In this document: positions 1 to 12,566 of the stretch, piece after piece
Layout: every line of letters begins with the position of its first letter
How positions within the stretch are numbered: position 1 is the stretch's first letter
Assembly: GCF_036321535.1 (NCBI RefSeq)
Contig: NC_087436.1
Coordinates: 13,764,001 to 13,828,000, forward strand
Source of the DNA: Camelus dromedarius
Lineage: Eukaryota
DNA length: 64,000 nucleotides
Direction: 5' to 3'
Program-made: the position numbers and the translations under genes
The notes under the pieces: generated by a model
Seen by the model: the letters and a program-made list of their open reading frames with translations, nothing else
Told to the model about the DNA's origin: nothing
Databases searched by the model: none

Positions 1-542
1 AAATGCTGACCTACGCTGGCAACCATCAGACCAAACCCCAGCCTCCGGCCCCAACTGCTCAATCACACATGCAGATACTCAACAAAAGCCTATCCTCCCA
101 CAAGAGCCAAGGCTCGGGTGGCTCTGGTCAGCACAGCACTGAGCCGTGCCCAGCACATGCCAGGGACTCCACGGTCCGTGTCAGATGAATTCGTTTACAG
201 CTCCAGCCCTACTGCCAGAACCTCCAGGATATACGCACTTTGTGTCCCCAGAGACAATTATGACCCATACCAGACTTCTCAAAGACAGGGGTCCCTGCCA
301 AGGGCCTCCTTCTGTTCAGGATGCCATCATACTCCTTGACCCCTGGGCAAACCTTAAGGTCATCTTACACTGGTCTCCTTTATCTCCAAGCATGAGGACT
401 TACCCACTCATCGGAAATAAAGTTCAGACTGTCCTCCATCCTGTCTGCCAGCAAATTAGACCAAGCCTTCAGTAGCCCAGGCCTGCATTACCACCACAGA
501 CGGGCTTGTCACTCTGTTTAAGACGGCTGCCTCTCAAGGACA

Positions 543-1310
543 GGGAGAAAAGGGGACCCTCATGCACTATTGGTGGGATGGTAAACTGGTACAGCCACTA
601 TGGAGAACAGTATAGGGGTTTCTCAGAAAACTAAAAGCAGAACTACCATATGATCCAGCAATTCCACTCTTGGGTATATATCAAGAAAAAATGAAAACAC
701 TAATTTGAAAAGATACATGCACCCCAATGTTCACAGCAGTACAATTTACAATAGCCAAGACATGGAAGCAGCTTAAGTGTCCATCAACAGATGAATGGAT
801 AAAGAAGATGAGGAATATATATTTAAATGTTTATGTATGTACGTGTGTGTGCGTACACATACACACAATGGAATATAACTCAGCCATTAAAAATGATGAA
901 ATTTTGCCATTTACAACAATATGGATAGACTTGGAGGTTATGCTTGGTGAAATAAGCTAGAGAAAGACAAATACCATATGATGATATCATTTATATGTGG
1001 CATCTAAAAAAAAAGACAAACTAGTAAATATAACAAAAAAAGAAAGATTCACGGATACAGAGAACAAACTAGAAGTTACCAACGAGAAGAGGGAAGACAG
1101 GGGTAGGGGACTAAGAGATACAAACTACTATGTATAAGATAAATAAGCTACAAGGATGTATTATTGCACAGCACAGGGAATCTAGCCAATATTTCATAAT
1201 AATTATAAATGGAGTATAAGCTTCAAAAATTATGATCACTATGTTATACACCTGAAATATATGTATATTGCACATCAATTATATCTCAATTAAAAATTGT
1301 TTTTAAAAAG
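543..1310 (+). mobile_element. L1 3' fragment (ORF2 end plus 3'UTR, L1MA-like)
   Basis: Typical L1 text (gaactaccatatgatccagcaattccact, ccatcaacagatgaatggataaagaag); ORF 727-960 is the decayed ORF2 C-terminus; A-rich tail. Confidence 0.9.
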
Positions 1311-1419
1311 AATGCTGCCTTCAACCCATCCTGTGTGTCAACGAGGAACCAACCTTCCTCAACATCAGTCATTACTTCCCACCTGCATAGTATGGACCCA
1401 GGAGTCAAGATCATCGTGT

Positions 1420-2135
1420 TAATCTCTGCTCAAGAACCTACCATGGCTGCCTAACCGCTAGTCAGGTACACTCCAAGCTCCTGAACCTGGACTTGAGCAA
1501 CTGTCACTTGAACTTGACACACTGATCCCAATCTCTACAACCACACTTCAGCAGACAGGCTGGCTCCCATTTAAAACCTCAGCATACACACCCACGTGAG
1601 GTTCCAGGCCAATGCAAGTCTCTAAGCGGCCCCGCTCTCCCAGGAGCCTTAACAGACCCACCAACACACACAGCTCCTCTCTCCCCTCAGTGTCTACATT
1701 TCAGCACTTGAACACGGCCTTATCTCCCCAACACCACCAAGCTCTCAAAGGTCAGAAACCAAACCCTGTAACTTCTCCCCACTCCCTCTTGACAGTGCCT
1801 CAGGGCCCTTGCATGAGCTATTCTAATTCTCTCGCTGCTTTCAGGGGTTGGCTCAAATATTAAAAACAGGCCCTCTCAAAGAGATCTGCCTTGACCTCTT
1901 AAATTAAAATCAAAACTCGTATCAACCGAGTCTTCCTCCAGTCTGCTACCACACAGTCCTGATGCCCTTGTAACAGACTATGTAACTCACAACTGGGTCT
2001 AGTTCCTATTTATTATCTACATGCCTCCACTGAACTGCCAGCTCCACGAGGGCAGTGGGGTTTCTTTTTTGGTTCCCCGTGACAGCCTCAGAGCCTGAAA
2101 CAGTGCTTGGCCCTCAGTACATGTTCATGAATGTC
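1420..2135 (+). mobile_element. L2 fragments
   Basis: L2 3' motifs such as gccagctccacgagggcag and cagtgcttggccctcagtacatgttcatgaat; heavily decayed. Confidence 0.55.
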
Positions 2136-2177
2136 TGCGGGGCTAAGTAGAGTCCAGCTGTTTAAATACTAGTGGAT

Positions 2178-2514
2178 ATCACCTCACATCTGTCAGACAG
2201 CTCTCATGAAACAGACAAAGAGTTAACAAAGGCTGGTGAGGATGTGGAGAAAAGGGAGCCCTCGAGCACTGTTGCTGGGATTGCAAGCTGGTGCAGCCCC
2301 TGTGGAAAACAGTATGGAAGTTCTTCAAAAATTTAAAAATAGAACTACCATATGCTCCAGCAATCCCACTTCTGGGTATTTATCCAAAGAAAACTAAAAC
2401 ACTAATTTGAAAAGATATACACACACCTATGTTCACCGCAGCACTATTTACAGTAGCCAAGACACAGAAGCAACCTAAGTGTCCATTAGCAGATGGCTGG
2501 ATAAAGAAGATATG

Positions 2515-2591
<77 letters not shown>

Positions 2592-3125
2592 GGAATATTA
2601 TTCAGCCATGAAAAAGAATGAAATCTTGCTATTTGGGACAACATGAATGGATCTCAAAAGCATTATGTTAAGTGAAATAAGTCAGACAGAGAAAGGCAAA
2701 TTCTGTATGATCTCACTTTTTTATGGAATCTTAATAAAAAATAAACCACCAAGCTCAGAGATACAGAGAACAGATTAGTGGTTGCCAGAAACAGGGGGTG
2801 GGGGTGGGTAGAAGAGATGAAAGGCATCAAAAGGCACAAGCTTCCATGTATAAAATAAGTCATGGGGTGAAATGTACAGCATGATGTACATGATTATAGG
2901 TAATAATACTCTATTGCATATTTGAAGGTTACTAAGAGAGAAAATCTTAAAAGTTCTCATCGCAAGACAAAAAAAATTTTTTTGTAACTTTGTATGGTGA
3001 TGGACATTAACTAGACTTATTGCAGTGATCATTTTGCAATCTCTCCAAATACAGAATCACCTGAAATTAATATAACATGTTAATTATACCTCAATAAAAC
3101 TTATTCAATAAAAATAAAATTTAAA
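2178..3125 (+). mobile_element. L1 3' fragment with (TA)n expansion and degenerate TSD
   Basis: L1 ORF2 end and 3'UTR; TSD-like aaatactagtggat (about 2164) and aaataccagtagat (about 3126). Confidence 0.9.
2522..2588. repeat. (TA)n microsatellite, about 33 units
   Basis: Pure TA run inside the L1. Confidence 0.97.
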
Positions 3126-3274
3126 AATACCAGTAGATGGAACTATTCTTTTTAACTTCGTAAAGCAAATTTTTCTAACTCAAAACAGAACATGAAATTA
3201 TTTCTCTGAGACACAGGAACTTTATTCACCACAATACCACTGTCATGGTCAGACTCCTAAAACTCAGACAATAC

Positions 3275-3460
3275 AGAAGCTTAGGCTCTGGACACCTCCT
3301 GGGTTCAAACCCCACCACTGCCATTCCCTTATCACCTTGGGCAAGTCATTTACCTACTGGGTGCCTCCATTTCCTTATCTGAAATCAGCTCACAACACGT
3401 CATACTTTTTAGTGTATTAACATGAGTTAATACTTATAAAGCGCTTCAACAATGCCAATG
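3275..3460 (+). mobile_element. MIR SINE
   Basis: ctgggttcaaacccc...accttgggcaagtcatttacc...tgcctccatttccttatctg core. Confidence 0.75.
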
Positions 3461-3986
3461 GTATTCAACCCCTGTTAGTTTTTTTTTTTTTTAATGTTAA
3501 CAGTGGAAGGTGATTCAACCAATAAGAAGTCTCTATGACAAAAAGATTTCCAAACACGAGTCAGTGCTTCCTGGACTGGCGCGAGATGCTGTTACGTAAC
3601 TCAGTACCTGAGCCACTTGGGTGCCATTTCCTGTTTCACTTTCTACCAGTTTCCGTTATCTTCACTCTCAGGCTTAAGGGACTAAAATAAACAAGATGTG
3701 GGACTTGTAAAGGCAGAAACTTTCTTATTCGTCACTGGCCTGCAGGGCCTATCTGGGCCAGGCCCATGTCAGGTGTTTGCCAGATGGACCAACAAGGCCA
3801 GGAGAGCCCCGAGCCTCCCCATCCCAAACCAGACCAACGTGCTCTCAGCAGGCGACAGCTGCTCCCACTCAGCACCAAGGTCCGTGTCCCAGACCCAGCC
3901 AGGGGCCTCAGGAGTGAATGGATTAAATGAACAAATTCTACACTGCCCTTCTTGCTGCTAGACCTGATACCAAAATGTGATTATTA

Positions 3987-4121
3987 GAGGGGAGGGTCTA
4001 GCTCAGCGGTAGATCGCATGCTTAGCACGCATGGGGTCCTTGGTTCAATCCCCAGTACGTCCATTAGAAAAATAAATAAATAAATCTAATTACGGCCCCC
4101 AACCAAAAACAAAACAAAACA
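3987..4121 (+). mobile_element. tRNA-Ala-derived SINE (camelid Vic-1-like)
   Basis: ggggagggtctagctcagcggtag...cttagcacgcatggggtccttggttcaatccccagtac plus A-rich tail; TSD aaaatgtgattatta (3972-3986) / aaagtgtggttatta (4122-4136). Confidence 0.9.
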
Positions 4122-4679
4122 AAAGTGTGGTTATTAACCAATAATAGGAACTCAACCCCTAAGACATTCCACCTGCCATCTTCAGGAGTGACTAACTCAT
4201 ACACAGGGGAACTGGACAAGACTCTGACCACTGCCTCTCCACTAGGAAGAACGCATGCGCTAACCCCAGAATGCCTACTGTATGCCCAACATCGTGGCCA
4301 CAACAGGGAACCCAAACACTCTTAAAGGGATACCAGTTAGGGCAACAAGGCATATGCAAAACAAAGAAAACATCCAGACACTCAAGAAAGTCCAGGAGGG
4401 AAGAGGAACAGTGACGGTAACAGTGGCACTGCCAAGCTGGGAGTCAGGAAGGACCGGTCCTGGACGAACCATGGGGCAGGAGCATCTGTGCTTTCATTCA
4501 GCAGGGAACCGCTGGATCTGCCTGGCCAAGGTGCAGGCTGGAGGGAGCAGCCCAGAGGACTGACCGGAGCTGCAGACAAGGTCAGAGTGCAAAAGGCCCC
4601 GAGGGCCAGAGCCAAGTCGAGTGGGTCACAGGGAATCACAGAAGGTTCTGATCCTGAAGTGGAGTCAGAAGGTGCACCA

Positions 4680-4815
4680 GGGGGAGGGTATAGCTCAAGT
4701 GGTAGAGTGCGTGCTTCCTATGCACGGGGTCCTGGGTTCAATCCTCAGCACCTCCTCTAAAAATAAATAAATAATAAACCTAATTACCTCCCCACTCACT
4801 CCTAAAAAAAAAAAA
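4680..4815 (+). mobile_element. tRNA-Ala-derived SINE
   Basis: Full head and tail; TSD cagaaggtgcac (4666-4677) / cagaaggcgcac (4819-4830). Confidence 0.9.
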
Positions 4816-5239
4816 GGGCAGAAGGCGCACAAAGCAGTATCTTGCACAGACACAATTACTTCTTGACAATGAGCTGATGAAAACATTTGTTTGGTTTCCG
4901 TAGTATCACCACTTTGGGGTCAGGGCAGTGAAGTAGAGTCAGAGGAGAGGGAAAAATTCTGTAAATCTAAAAATAAAATCACATTTTTTTTCCTTCCTTC
5001 TTCTTATTATCACCATTGATAGAGCTTTTAATGTTCCTAGACCAAAATATTTTACCACATCAAAGAGTATATAACAAAAAGATGTGAATAACGTAACTTA
5101 CCTATGCAATTATTGGGCACAAAATAGTATTGAGCTGTTTGCACTGGTTCAGGCCCTTCAAAGCAGGAAAGCTGTTCCGTGCTCTCCAATGACCAAATCC
5201 AGGGGTCAGTTGAGATACTGCCAAAGTAATAGGTGACCT

Positions 5240-5345
5240 ATACTAAGTGCTAAGTTCCAGGTACTTAATCCTCACAAAATCCTCTGAGACCAGCACTGCT
5301 ATTCACCCCATTTTGCAGATGAAGAAACCAAGGACAGGAGGTGAA
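5240..5345 (-). mobile_element. MIR fragment
   Basis: ttaatcctcacaa...cccattttgcagatgaagaaac core. Confidence 0.6.
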
Positions 5346-6364
5346 AAGGGATGGAGCGATGAGTCAAATCCTGGAGGCCTGGCCAGAGGGATTTATAAGC
5401 CTGGCAGTTTATAAGTATTCAATTGTAATATTTGATTTTACTAGTAACGCATTTTTCAAGTTCTTGATTACTTCAGAGAGACTCACTAGAAAAAAGAACA
5501 AGGACAAGGAAAAAAAAGGCCCAATCTACAGAAAACATTTTCAAAATAGGTAACTGTATAAATAATTAGTGGTGGCAAATGTCAGTACTCAACGTTTTAA
5601 TGCCACACCTTCTGATGCTCCTACGTCACCTATCACTGACATATCTTAGTTTCCAAAGCCATCTTTAAGTCTTCCTGAAAGGAAGCCAACTTACAAATTA
5701 ATTAAGAAGAAAACCCTCAAATTTAAATAACACCTATAAATGTTCTCTTTTTAACAGACTCTGTGATACACATGAGGGAACTTTCTCTGAAAAAAAATTC
5801 AAAATACTTTGAAAAGAATTCCCTAAAAATAACTGTCTTCAGAAAACACACACATACACATGTGCAGTTTAGAGAGAAATATATATGCAGTTCAGATAGA
5901 TAAATAGACAGACTCATATATATCTTCACCCCCAACCAGGTAAAACAGTCCCCAAAAATATGCATCTAGACAGAAATGAAATATTTAGAAAATTACTTTG
6001 AATACCAGTTTCACTTTCAATATAGCTTTGATTAAAATAGCTATAAATGCTTCTGTAACAAGTAGTCCAGAAAGACGGCTTCCAAATGCTATTTTTTCCC
6101 CAAAACAAACTGCATTATACATATAAACAAAACCAGAAATTAAGAATTGTATAAAATAACTCTGGAGCCTATAAATAAAATCATTAATCACATCAGAGGC
6201 TCTGACATGTCCACCTCTGAGCACAGCGACTGATTTCAACTACCGCTGTAACAAATGAAAGTCTCTAATCTCCTTTCCTTTCTGTCTGAGTTGGCTTCTA
6301 AGACTAACCAGTAAGAGGTAGAGGCCACAACTGAGTAAAAATGCAAATATGTATAGATATACAC

Positions 6365-6585
6365 CAGTGCTTCTCAACCCGGGCAATCCTGCTCCCCAGG
6401 GACATCTGGCAATGTCTGGAGACATTTTTAGCTGTCACTACTTCGGGGGTGGGGGAGGGAGTGCCACTGGTATCTAGCGGGTAGAGGCAGAGATGCCCTA
6501 ACTGCTCAGCAGCCTACAGTGCCCAGGACAGTCCCCCACAATAAGCAGTTCTCCAGTCACTAACGCCTCTGCTGAAAACTCTGAC
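6365..6585. mobile_element. MER20-like hAT DNA transposon
   Basis: cagtgcttctcaac...cccagggacatctggcaatgtctggagacatttttagctgtcac...ctggtatctagcgggtagaggc matches the recalled MER20 consensus. Confidence 0.8.
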
Positions 6586-7921
6586 ACACACAAACACTAC
6601 TACACTGTATTTCTTTAAAAGTGAATGTGTCAAATGTTAAGTGTGGTTCTCGCAGCAGGAACTGCATGATTTCTATCCCGTTCTTTTTATCTTTCTATAT
6701 TCTATATATCTGCTAACTACAATCAGGAAAAAAATCCACTTAAGAATAAACTTTGAGAAGGACAAACTATTTGCTTCCCATCCTGATGGGGCTTTTTCTC
6801 CAAGGACTGGTCCCATTCAGCCCGCTGGCCTTCAGGGAAGGTCCAGGAAATTTTTCCTCTAAAAATCACCTCTCTACCTTGAAGCTGTTATTCATTAGCC
6901 CGGTTAAAAGGAATATTCCAAATATCTCAAAACCAGCACTCTAAACGCTTCACACAGGAGGGAGAACGCTGAAATGTAAAAGTGCACTCCAGTCAAGTTA
7001 CAGCTAGATATCCTGTTTTCTGAACAGGCACAAGAGACAACATAGAATTAAGTGCTGCCACCAATGTGGGAAGTAATGAACATCTGAAAAATCACGGCAC
7101 ACAAGCTGAGTATTTCCTTGTAATTCAAAATACTCCCCCCACCAAAAAAAAACCCATGCATTTGAGGTTACTACTGCTGCTGCTGAAAAACAGCCAACAT
7201 GATATTTCAATGTGCACATCTGCAGTCAATGAGAATCTCTCCTAAAAGTTAAACCTGAAACACGACAGCTTTGCAGTCCTGTATCTGTGGCAGCAGTGAA
7301 CCCTGTATGATGCCAGATGCCTAACAAATTGTTAGCAATGATTTTTCCACATGCAATCATTATATCCTATAGGGGGGGAAAAACCCCAAAACCTGAAATT
7401 CAGGTTCTTAACAGGAGGGTGTATTCTAACACGAATTAAAGGTACTTGGAAAAAATCCAAGATTACAATCCTTTAGGTCACATCTCCATCCCAAAGCTAC
7501 TTAACGCTAATGGTGAGTACCATTCACTAACATTTCTTAAATCAATATTCTATATTGTGCCTGTGGTCCTCAGGCACACAGCACGGCTCACGCAGAGACC
7601 AGGGCACGGGTCCCTCGCCCACCCCAGCCCACAGGCGGCCGCGGGGCCCGCCCTTCCCCTCGGCACCGCCGCCGCTGGCCGCAGCCCTGCTGAGGTGGCC
7701 TGGGCTCCCACCTCCTGAACTTGGGGCGGGCGTGACTCACGGCCTGTCACATGGCGCGGGAGGAGGCCGGGCAGGCCACCGCTGCCAGGTGTTAAGGCTC
7801 GGCCGACCGTTTATTTGCCTTGCAAAGTGGCCCGAGCGCCGGTGCCGCCGCGGGGCCGGCGGCCTCCGGGCCTCTGCTCGCTCGCAAGCCCGCAGCCGCC
7901 CTGTCACCTGGTCGTCCTCAC

Positions 7922-7992
7922 CTGAGTGGGCAGCAGGAGTTCCCCTTCTTCTGCCTGCCACAGCTCCACCACGTTCGGCAAAGGCTCAACCG
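7922..7992 (-). CDS. TMEM131L: TMEM131L coding exon 2
   Basis: Acceptor ttttcggtgttcttgcag|, 71 nt, donor CAG|GTGAGG. Splices in frame to exon 1 giving (A)[23 protein letters not shown], matching the recalled orthologue continuation. Exon 3 was not found and probably lies left of the window. Confidence 0.93.
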
Positions 7993-8695
7993 CTGCAAGA
8001 ACACCGAAAAACACACCGCGCTTTTAATGCACGGAAAAGAAACGCTTCCTGTTTCCCGATCGTCCCCCCAAGCACCCGCCTCACCAAAACAAGCCTCCCT
8101 TTCCTTCTCGAAGTGGAGGCCACCCGAGGAGGGAGGCGAGAATCAGAACACAATGGACGGGGTGCAAGCCGGCGGCCCCTCGGAAGGAGAGGAGAGGGCG
8201 TGCGGACTCCGGGGCTCTCGTACTGGTGGGGGAAAGAGAGGGGAAGCCACTCCGCGGGACCCCGCGCTCCGCATCCCGCGGCAGCTGGGGCGGGCGTGTG
8301 CGGGATGCGACCCAGGCAGCCAGGCTCGCGGAACAAAGCTGCAGGAAGCCGGGCCGCGGCGGGGCCCCAGCGCGCGCCACACAAAGCGGGGGCTGCGCCC
8401 GGGGCGCCCGGGGCCCGCGCACAAAGGCTCCGGGGCGTGCGCGGCTAGCGGTCCGCGCGGCGGTCCCCAAGCCCCGCGACTTCCCAGCTTTCGGGTGTCG
8501 GGGGGGTGAGGGACGCGGCAGGGTACACCGCGGTTAGCAGAGGTTATCAGCACGGAATTGCAATCGCTTTCCTTCCTTCTTCGGCCCCTTTCCCGTTCCC
8601 CTCCTCGCCTTCTGATAGATTTCAGCAGTTCCCCAAAAGAAAGGGAAGGGGGGGCGGGGTGAAGAGGGAAGCCAGCGAAGCGGCGCCAGGCTGAC

Positions 8696-8819
8696 CTTGT
8701 CCCTGAGCCCCTCCCGGGCGACAGCAGGGCAGGAGGACCTGGAAGACGCCCAGCAGGAGGTTCACGGCCGCGGCGGTGCGGCAGTAGCAGCCCGGCTGCG
8801 GGCGTCGGAGCCCCGCCAT
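8696..8819 (-). CDS. TMEM131L: TMEM131L (KIAA0922) coding exon 1, signal-peptide-like N-terminus
   Basis: Reads [41 protein letters not shown], recognised as the TMEM131L N-terminus. ATG is in strong context (AGCATGG, cat at 8817-8819). The 124 nt are followed by donor G|GTCAG (ac at 8694-8695), phase 1. Lies inside a CpG island. Confidence 0.95.
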
Positions 8820-8898
8820 GCTGCTGCTCGCGCTCCTCTCGGGTGCTCGCCGAGCTCGCCGCTCGCTCGCTGGCGCCCGAGCCGCCTCGCCCCGGACC

Positions 8899-8980
8899 CG
8901 CCCCCGCGCCGCCCGCCCCGCCCCGCCCCGCCCCGCCCCGCCCCGCGCCGCGCCGCCCCGCCCCCGCCCCCGCCCCGCCC
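8899..8980. repeat. (CCCCG)n / (GGGGC)n imperfect pentamer array (Sp/KLF boxes, G4-capable)
   Basis: gcccgccccgccccgccccgccccgccccgccccgcgccgcgccgccccgcccccgcccccgccccgccc, 80-160 nt upstream of the ATG. Confidence 0.85.
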
Positions 8981-11415
8981 TGCGCGCCGCCCGCTCCGCG
9001 CGTGTGCGCCACAGATAGGGAGGGACGGAGCGCGGCGGGGCGCGGGGAACGTGGACAATGCGCACTCCGCGGCCGCCGCCCCGCCCGATGCGGAGCACAT
9101 GGCTGCGGGCCCGCCCCGCAGCGCTCTGCCGCTGCCTTCCCGAAGCTGCGGGGCCCGGGCGCGCTCTGCGACGGTGACAGGGGCGCTCAGAGGTGGCGGG
9201 AGGGGCTCCCGGGCCGCTGTCGCCAAGAACTTTGGGGGTGGTTTCCGCTTTGTTCTGGCACACGGGCCACAAGCGGGTTATTGCCCACGCGGCGGGGGCG
9301 GCGGTGGGTGGTGGGAGTGAGGAGTCGCCTGGCGAGAGGCCCTAGACAGGACATTAGTGGAAATAATGCAGTGGTTGTCAGGAAAGGCGAGTGCAGCCAC
9401 ATGGCTACTGCCAGTTTTGCAGCGAGGATATCCGGTGGCTGCAAAGTCTGTAATTTAGAATAAAAAGAGCTCTCCCAAGACCCGGAGGCTGACCTCATCG
9501 CCGCGTGGCGGTGGGACGCCCGGCACCCTCCATGGAACCGGTCCAGGTTGTGACAGGTGGGGAATCCTCTTACTAGGGGATTTGTCGCTTTAAAGACCCT
9601 GCACCTACTCCCCTTTGGATGCCTATTACAAAATTTAGCCAGCCTCTTCTGAAACCTAGTTGGAGTTGAGGACGTGATCAGTTGTCTGTCTCTAATATTA
9701 ACAGAGTAATATACGTGGTACTTAGAAATGTGTTTTCTAGCCCCATTTTTTGATGCCTGTACCCAAAATGTATGACTAAGATCCGAGGTCTCTTTTAAGT
9801 TGATATCATGCCTTGCCAGAGGTATAGCTAGCAAGGGTTTATTCTGAAATCTATTTGCACAATCTGGAAGTATTGTCAGTCTTAAGATATTTTTCGTTAA
9901 TTTGCTACTTCCAGAGTAACTTGTATGAAATTCAGAGAATATGAACAGTATAGAATAGAGAAGGGGAGTGCCCAGGGCACACCTGTCTGCTTACGTTGAT
10001 CCTCTAGTTAATTGCTTCTAGTGCCTTAAAGTCTAGACAATGGAAAAGCAGTGGTTGGATAGCAGGACAGATGCGGAGAAGGACTAAATCAATTATGGAT
10101 CCTCTCCCTCCCCAGGACGTAATATAGTACTGTGAACTCAGTCTCACGCAGTCTGTGCGTAACTCTAAGCAAGGTTAAATAGTCTAATTGCTCCGCCAGA
10201 ACTCAACATTTAAGAAGATTAGCATAAATATAAGCCCTCGATGTGGGAAAAAAAAAGTCACTTTGCATTATCCAACTCAAATACCTCCAGTATTCTCTGT
10301 CCTTTGCCTTTTTTCTCTGTTGCCTGCCAGCATTACCTTTCCTTTGCAAGGCTCTCCAGTCCTAACCCAACTCGGCCCTTTTTTCTCTTCATTTCACTTC
10401 TTTAAATTCGTATTTGCCCCTAGGACTCTGAAGGTCTTTCTTCTACTGTGTTAAGGGGGCCTCTTATAACAAGAATACTTACTTGCACAGCCCACTAGGC
10501 AGTAACTGCTCCTTCAAAGTTAATTTTTACATGAAAATTCCCTCATTGGCCTATTTATTTACAACATGTATTTTTAAGTCCTATTACAACTATGTTACTC
10601 GGAAAGGAAAGCAAGCAAACATTGACAGCATAGCAGGTTTTGTTAAACAGATTTGATAAAAAGTCGCAGTACAAAACTTTTTGTTCTTACTGATTTTTAA
10701 GCTATTTTACTTTTTACTCAAAGTCTTCCAAACACTAACCAGTATCACAGAATCAATGGAAATGGGTTAAAAGATAGAGGAAAATTGCTACGGATCATAC
10801 ATAAATGAAGCTCTACTTTGTTCTTCTACTGAAGCTTTTTAAAGACCAGCTTAAGTTTTCGAGCTGTGGTCTTGTGGACTTTACAAAGTTGGTAATGCTA
10901 TTTGACTGTTGTTCAAAAAGCCAAAAGCGTGTCTCTGCAGTGCCATGGGTTTGGAGAGGGACACAGGATTACACAGCTGTCTCCTTAGATAAATCCGACC
11001 TACTTAGCCTTCTCTGGAGGTATTTTTCATGCTGACTCACGAACAACAGGAAAATTATGGCCCATTAAGTAGCATCCATGTTTTGAAGTAAACTTGTTCT
11101 CCAGAGAAGACTCCTGTGTCATTGGTGCTGTATTTCCATTATTCCCCTGTGGATAATAGATATTCTGTTAGAGCTGGAAAAACTTTGTCTATTAAATAAT
11201 AGTCTAAATGCCTCATTTTACAGAAGAAAATGAAGCCTGGAAAGGATGAGAAATATCCAAGTTGTGTAGTGGCAGAGTTATGGAGACGTATGTATGAAAT
11301 AATATTACCCGGAAAAAAATTAATGTAAACATGAACTAACTCGATATGCAAGTTATATGCAGAAGAGTAAAGCGTGGAAGAGACACTAAGGAGATATTTT
11401 ACTGGAGTATATCAA

Positions 11416-11554
11416 TTTTTAAAAAATTTTTGAAGGGTAATTGGGTTTATTTATTTATTCATTAATTTTTTTTTAATGGAGGTACTGGAGCTTAAACCCA
11501 GGACCTCATGCATGCTAGGCACACACTCAACCACTGAGCTATACCCTCCCCTCC
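11416..11554 (-). mobile_element. tRNA-Ala-derived SINE
   Basis: Reverse-complement head; TSD ctggagtatat (11402-11412 / 11555-11565). Confidence 0.9.
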
Positions 11555-11974
11555 CTGGAGTATATGCATTTTAAATTAGATCCATATAAGTTTAAATGAT
11601 CTTTTGTAAAATCACACCTAAAATTGACAAATCTATACTTATTTTAAACGTGCCAGATGTTGACCATGCTTTTGACTTACTTTACTCTTGTTCTTATTTT
11701 CTTAATTAGTACAGATGAAAACCAAGCAAGTTTATAAATGTGAGTTATATCTCAACACAGCCTACATAAAACTGACGGGGTGGTGGCAAGCCCAAATCAC
11801 TTACCTCTGATCCAGAGAAGATTCAGCACAGCAGGTCACAAGGTGGTTGTGAAGACTCTGAGATAACGGATGGTAAAGCACCTAGTATAGGGACTGAGTA
11901 AATGCTAGTAACGGTATTACCATGAGTTTGCGTCGTGGGAATGTGCCAGAATGCCATGAATATGGTGGGGCTTT

Positions 11975-12058
11975 TTCTTATTCTTTTTTTTTTTAACATT
12001 CTTTTTTATTGACGTATAGTCCGTTTATGATGTCTCAATTTCTGATGTACAGCATCAC
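11975..12058 (-). mobile_element. Short L1 3' end (young family)
   Basis: Poly-T then ttgacgtatagtccgtttatgatgtctcaatttctgatgtacagca. Confidence 0.7.
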
Positions 12059-12566
12059 GCTGAATGTAGTAAATTTGATACGGACGTCATATTACCTATT
12101 CCTGTCTTATCTCTTATCACTCAGACATGCTGGAAATGGGAGTGACTGATGACAGTGCACATGAAACAGCTGTTTTCTAGCTCATCTATGCATACATTTC
12201 GGGCCTCACCCCAATGGAGACAACAAAACTCATCAAATCTCCATCACCATCATTGCTGGGATGCAAGCGTCATCCTTGGCTGGGAGGAGATCCTCAGAGG
12301 GAGGGTTCTTGAGCATGGCAGAAACCTAGGGATTATGGGCAGGTCCTCTTGAGATGCAGACTGCCCCCTTGACTCAAAGGGACTCTTCTTTAACTTTCTT
12401 CTGTTTCATCTCATCTCAGGAAGCCTCAGTCATGTGCATCAGATAAGTGTTCTCGCCTTTCTTTCTCAAACAACTCTGTTGTGTTAAACAATTGTCCTTT
12501 TCTGCTCTGGGACCATCAGACAGTTTAGGGGGAGAGGCAGTATTCATAGCTAAAAATAGTCATCTT

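Larger units (their letters stand above)
7600..9550 (-). promoter_or_regulatory. CpG island / promoter of TMEM131L
   Basis: Very high GC and CpG density spanning exons 1-2 and upstream DNA; dense GC-box array at about 8900-8985; no obvious TATA box. Confidence 0.9.

Noticed and set aside
3868..3888. RE1/REST-like site ctcagcaccaaggtccgtgtc
   Set aside because: The left half matches but the GGACAG half has two mismatches.
5096..5103. Consensus splice donor AG|GTAAGT on the minus strand in TMEM131L intron 2
   Set aside because: No convincing paired acceptor or matching reading frame, and it does not match the expected exon 3.
8820..9272. In-frame N-terminal extension of TMEM131L, or an overlapping uORF from the ATG at about 9098-9100
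   Set aside because: There is no in-frame upstream ATG, and the region crosses the GC-box array that most likely lies upstream of the TSS.
7446..9834. Many overlapping 100-300 aa ORFs in the CpG island
   Set aside because: Low-complexity Arg/Gly/Pro/Ala translations caused by stop-codon depletion in GC-rich DNA. Only the two spliced TMEM131L exons are supported.
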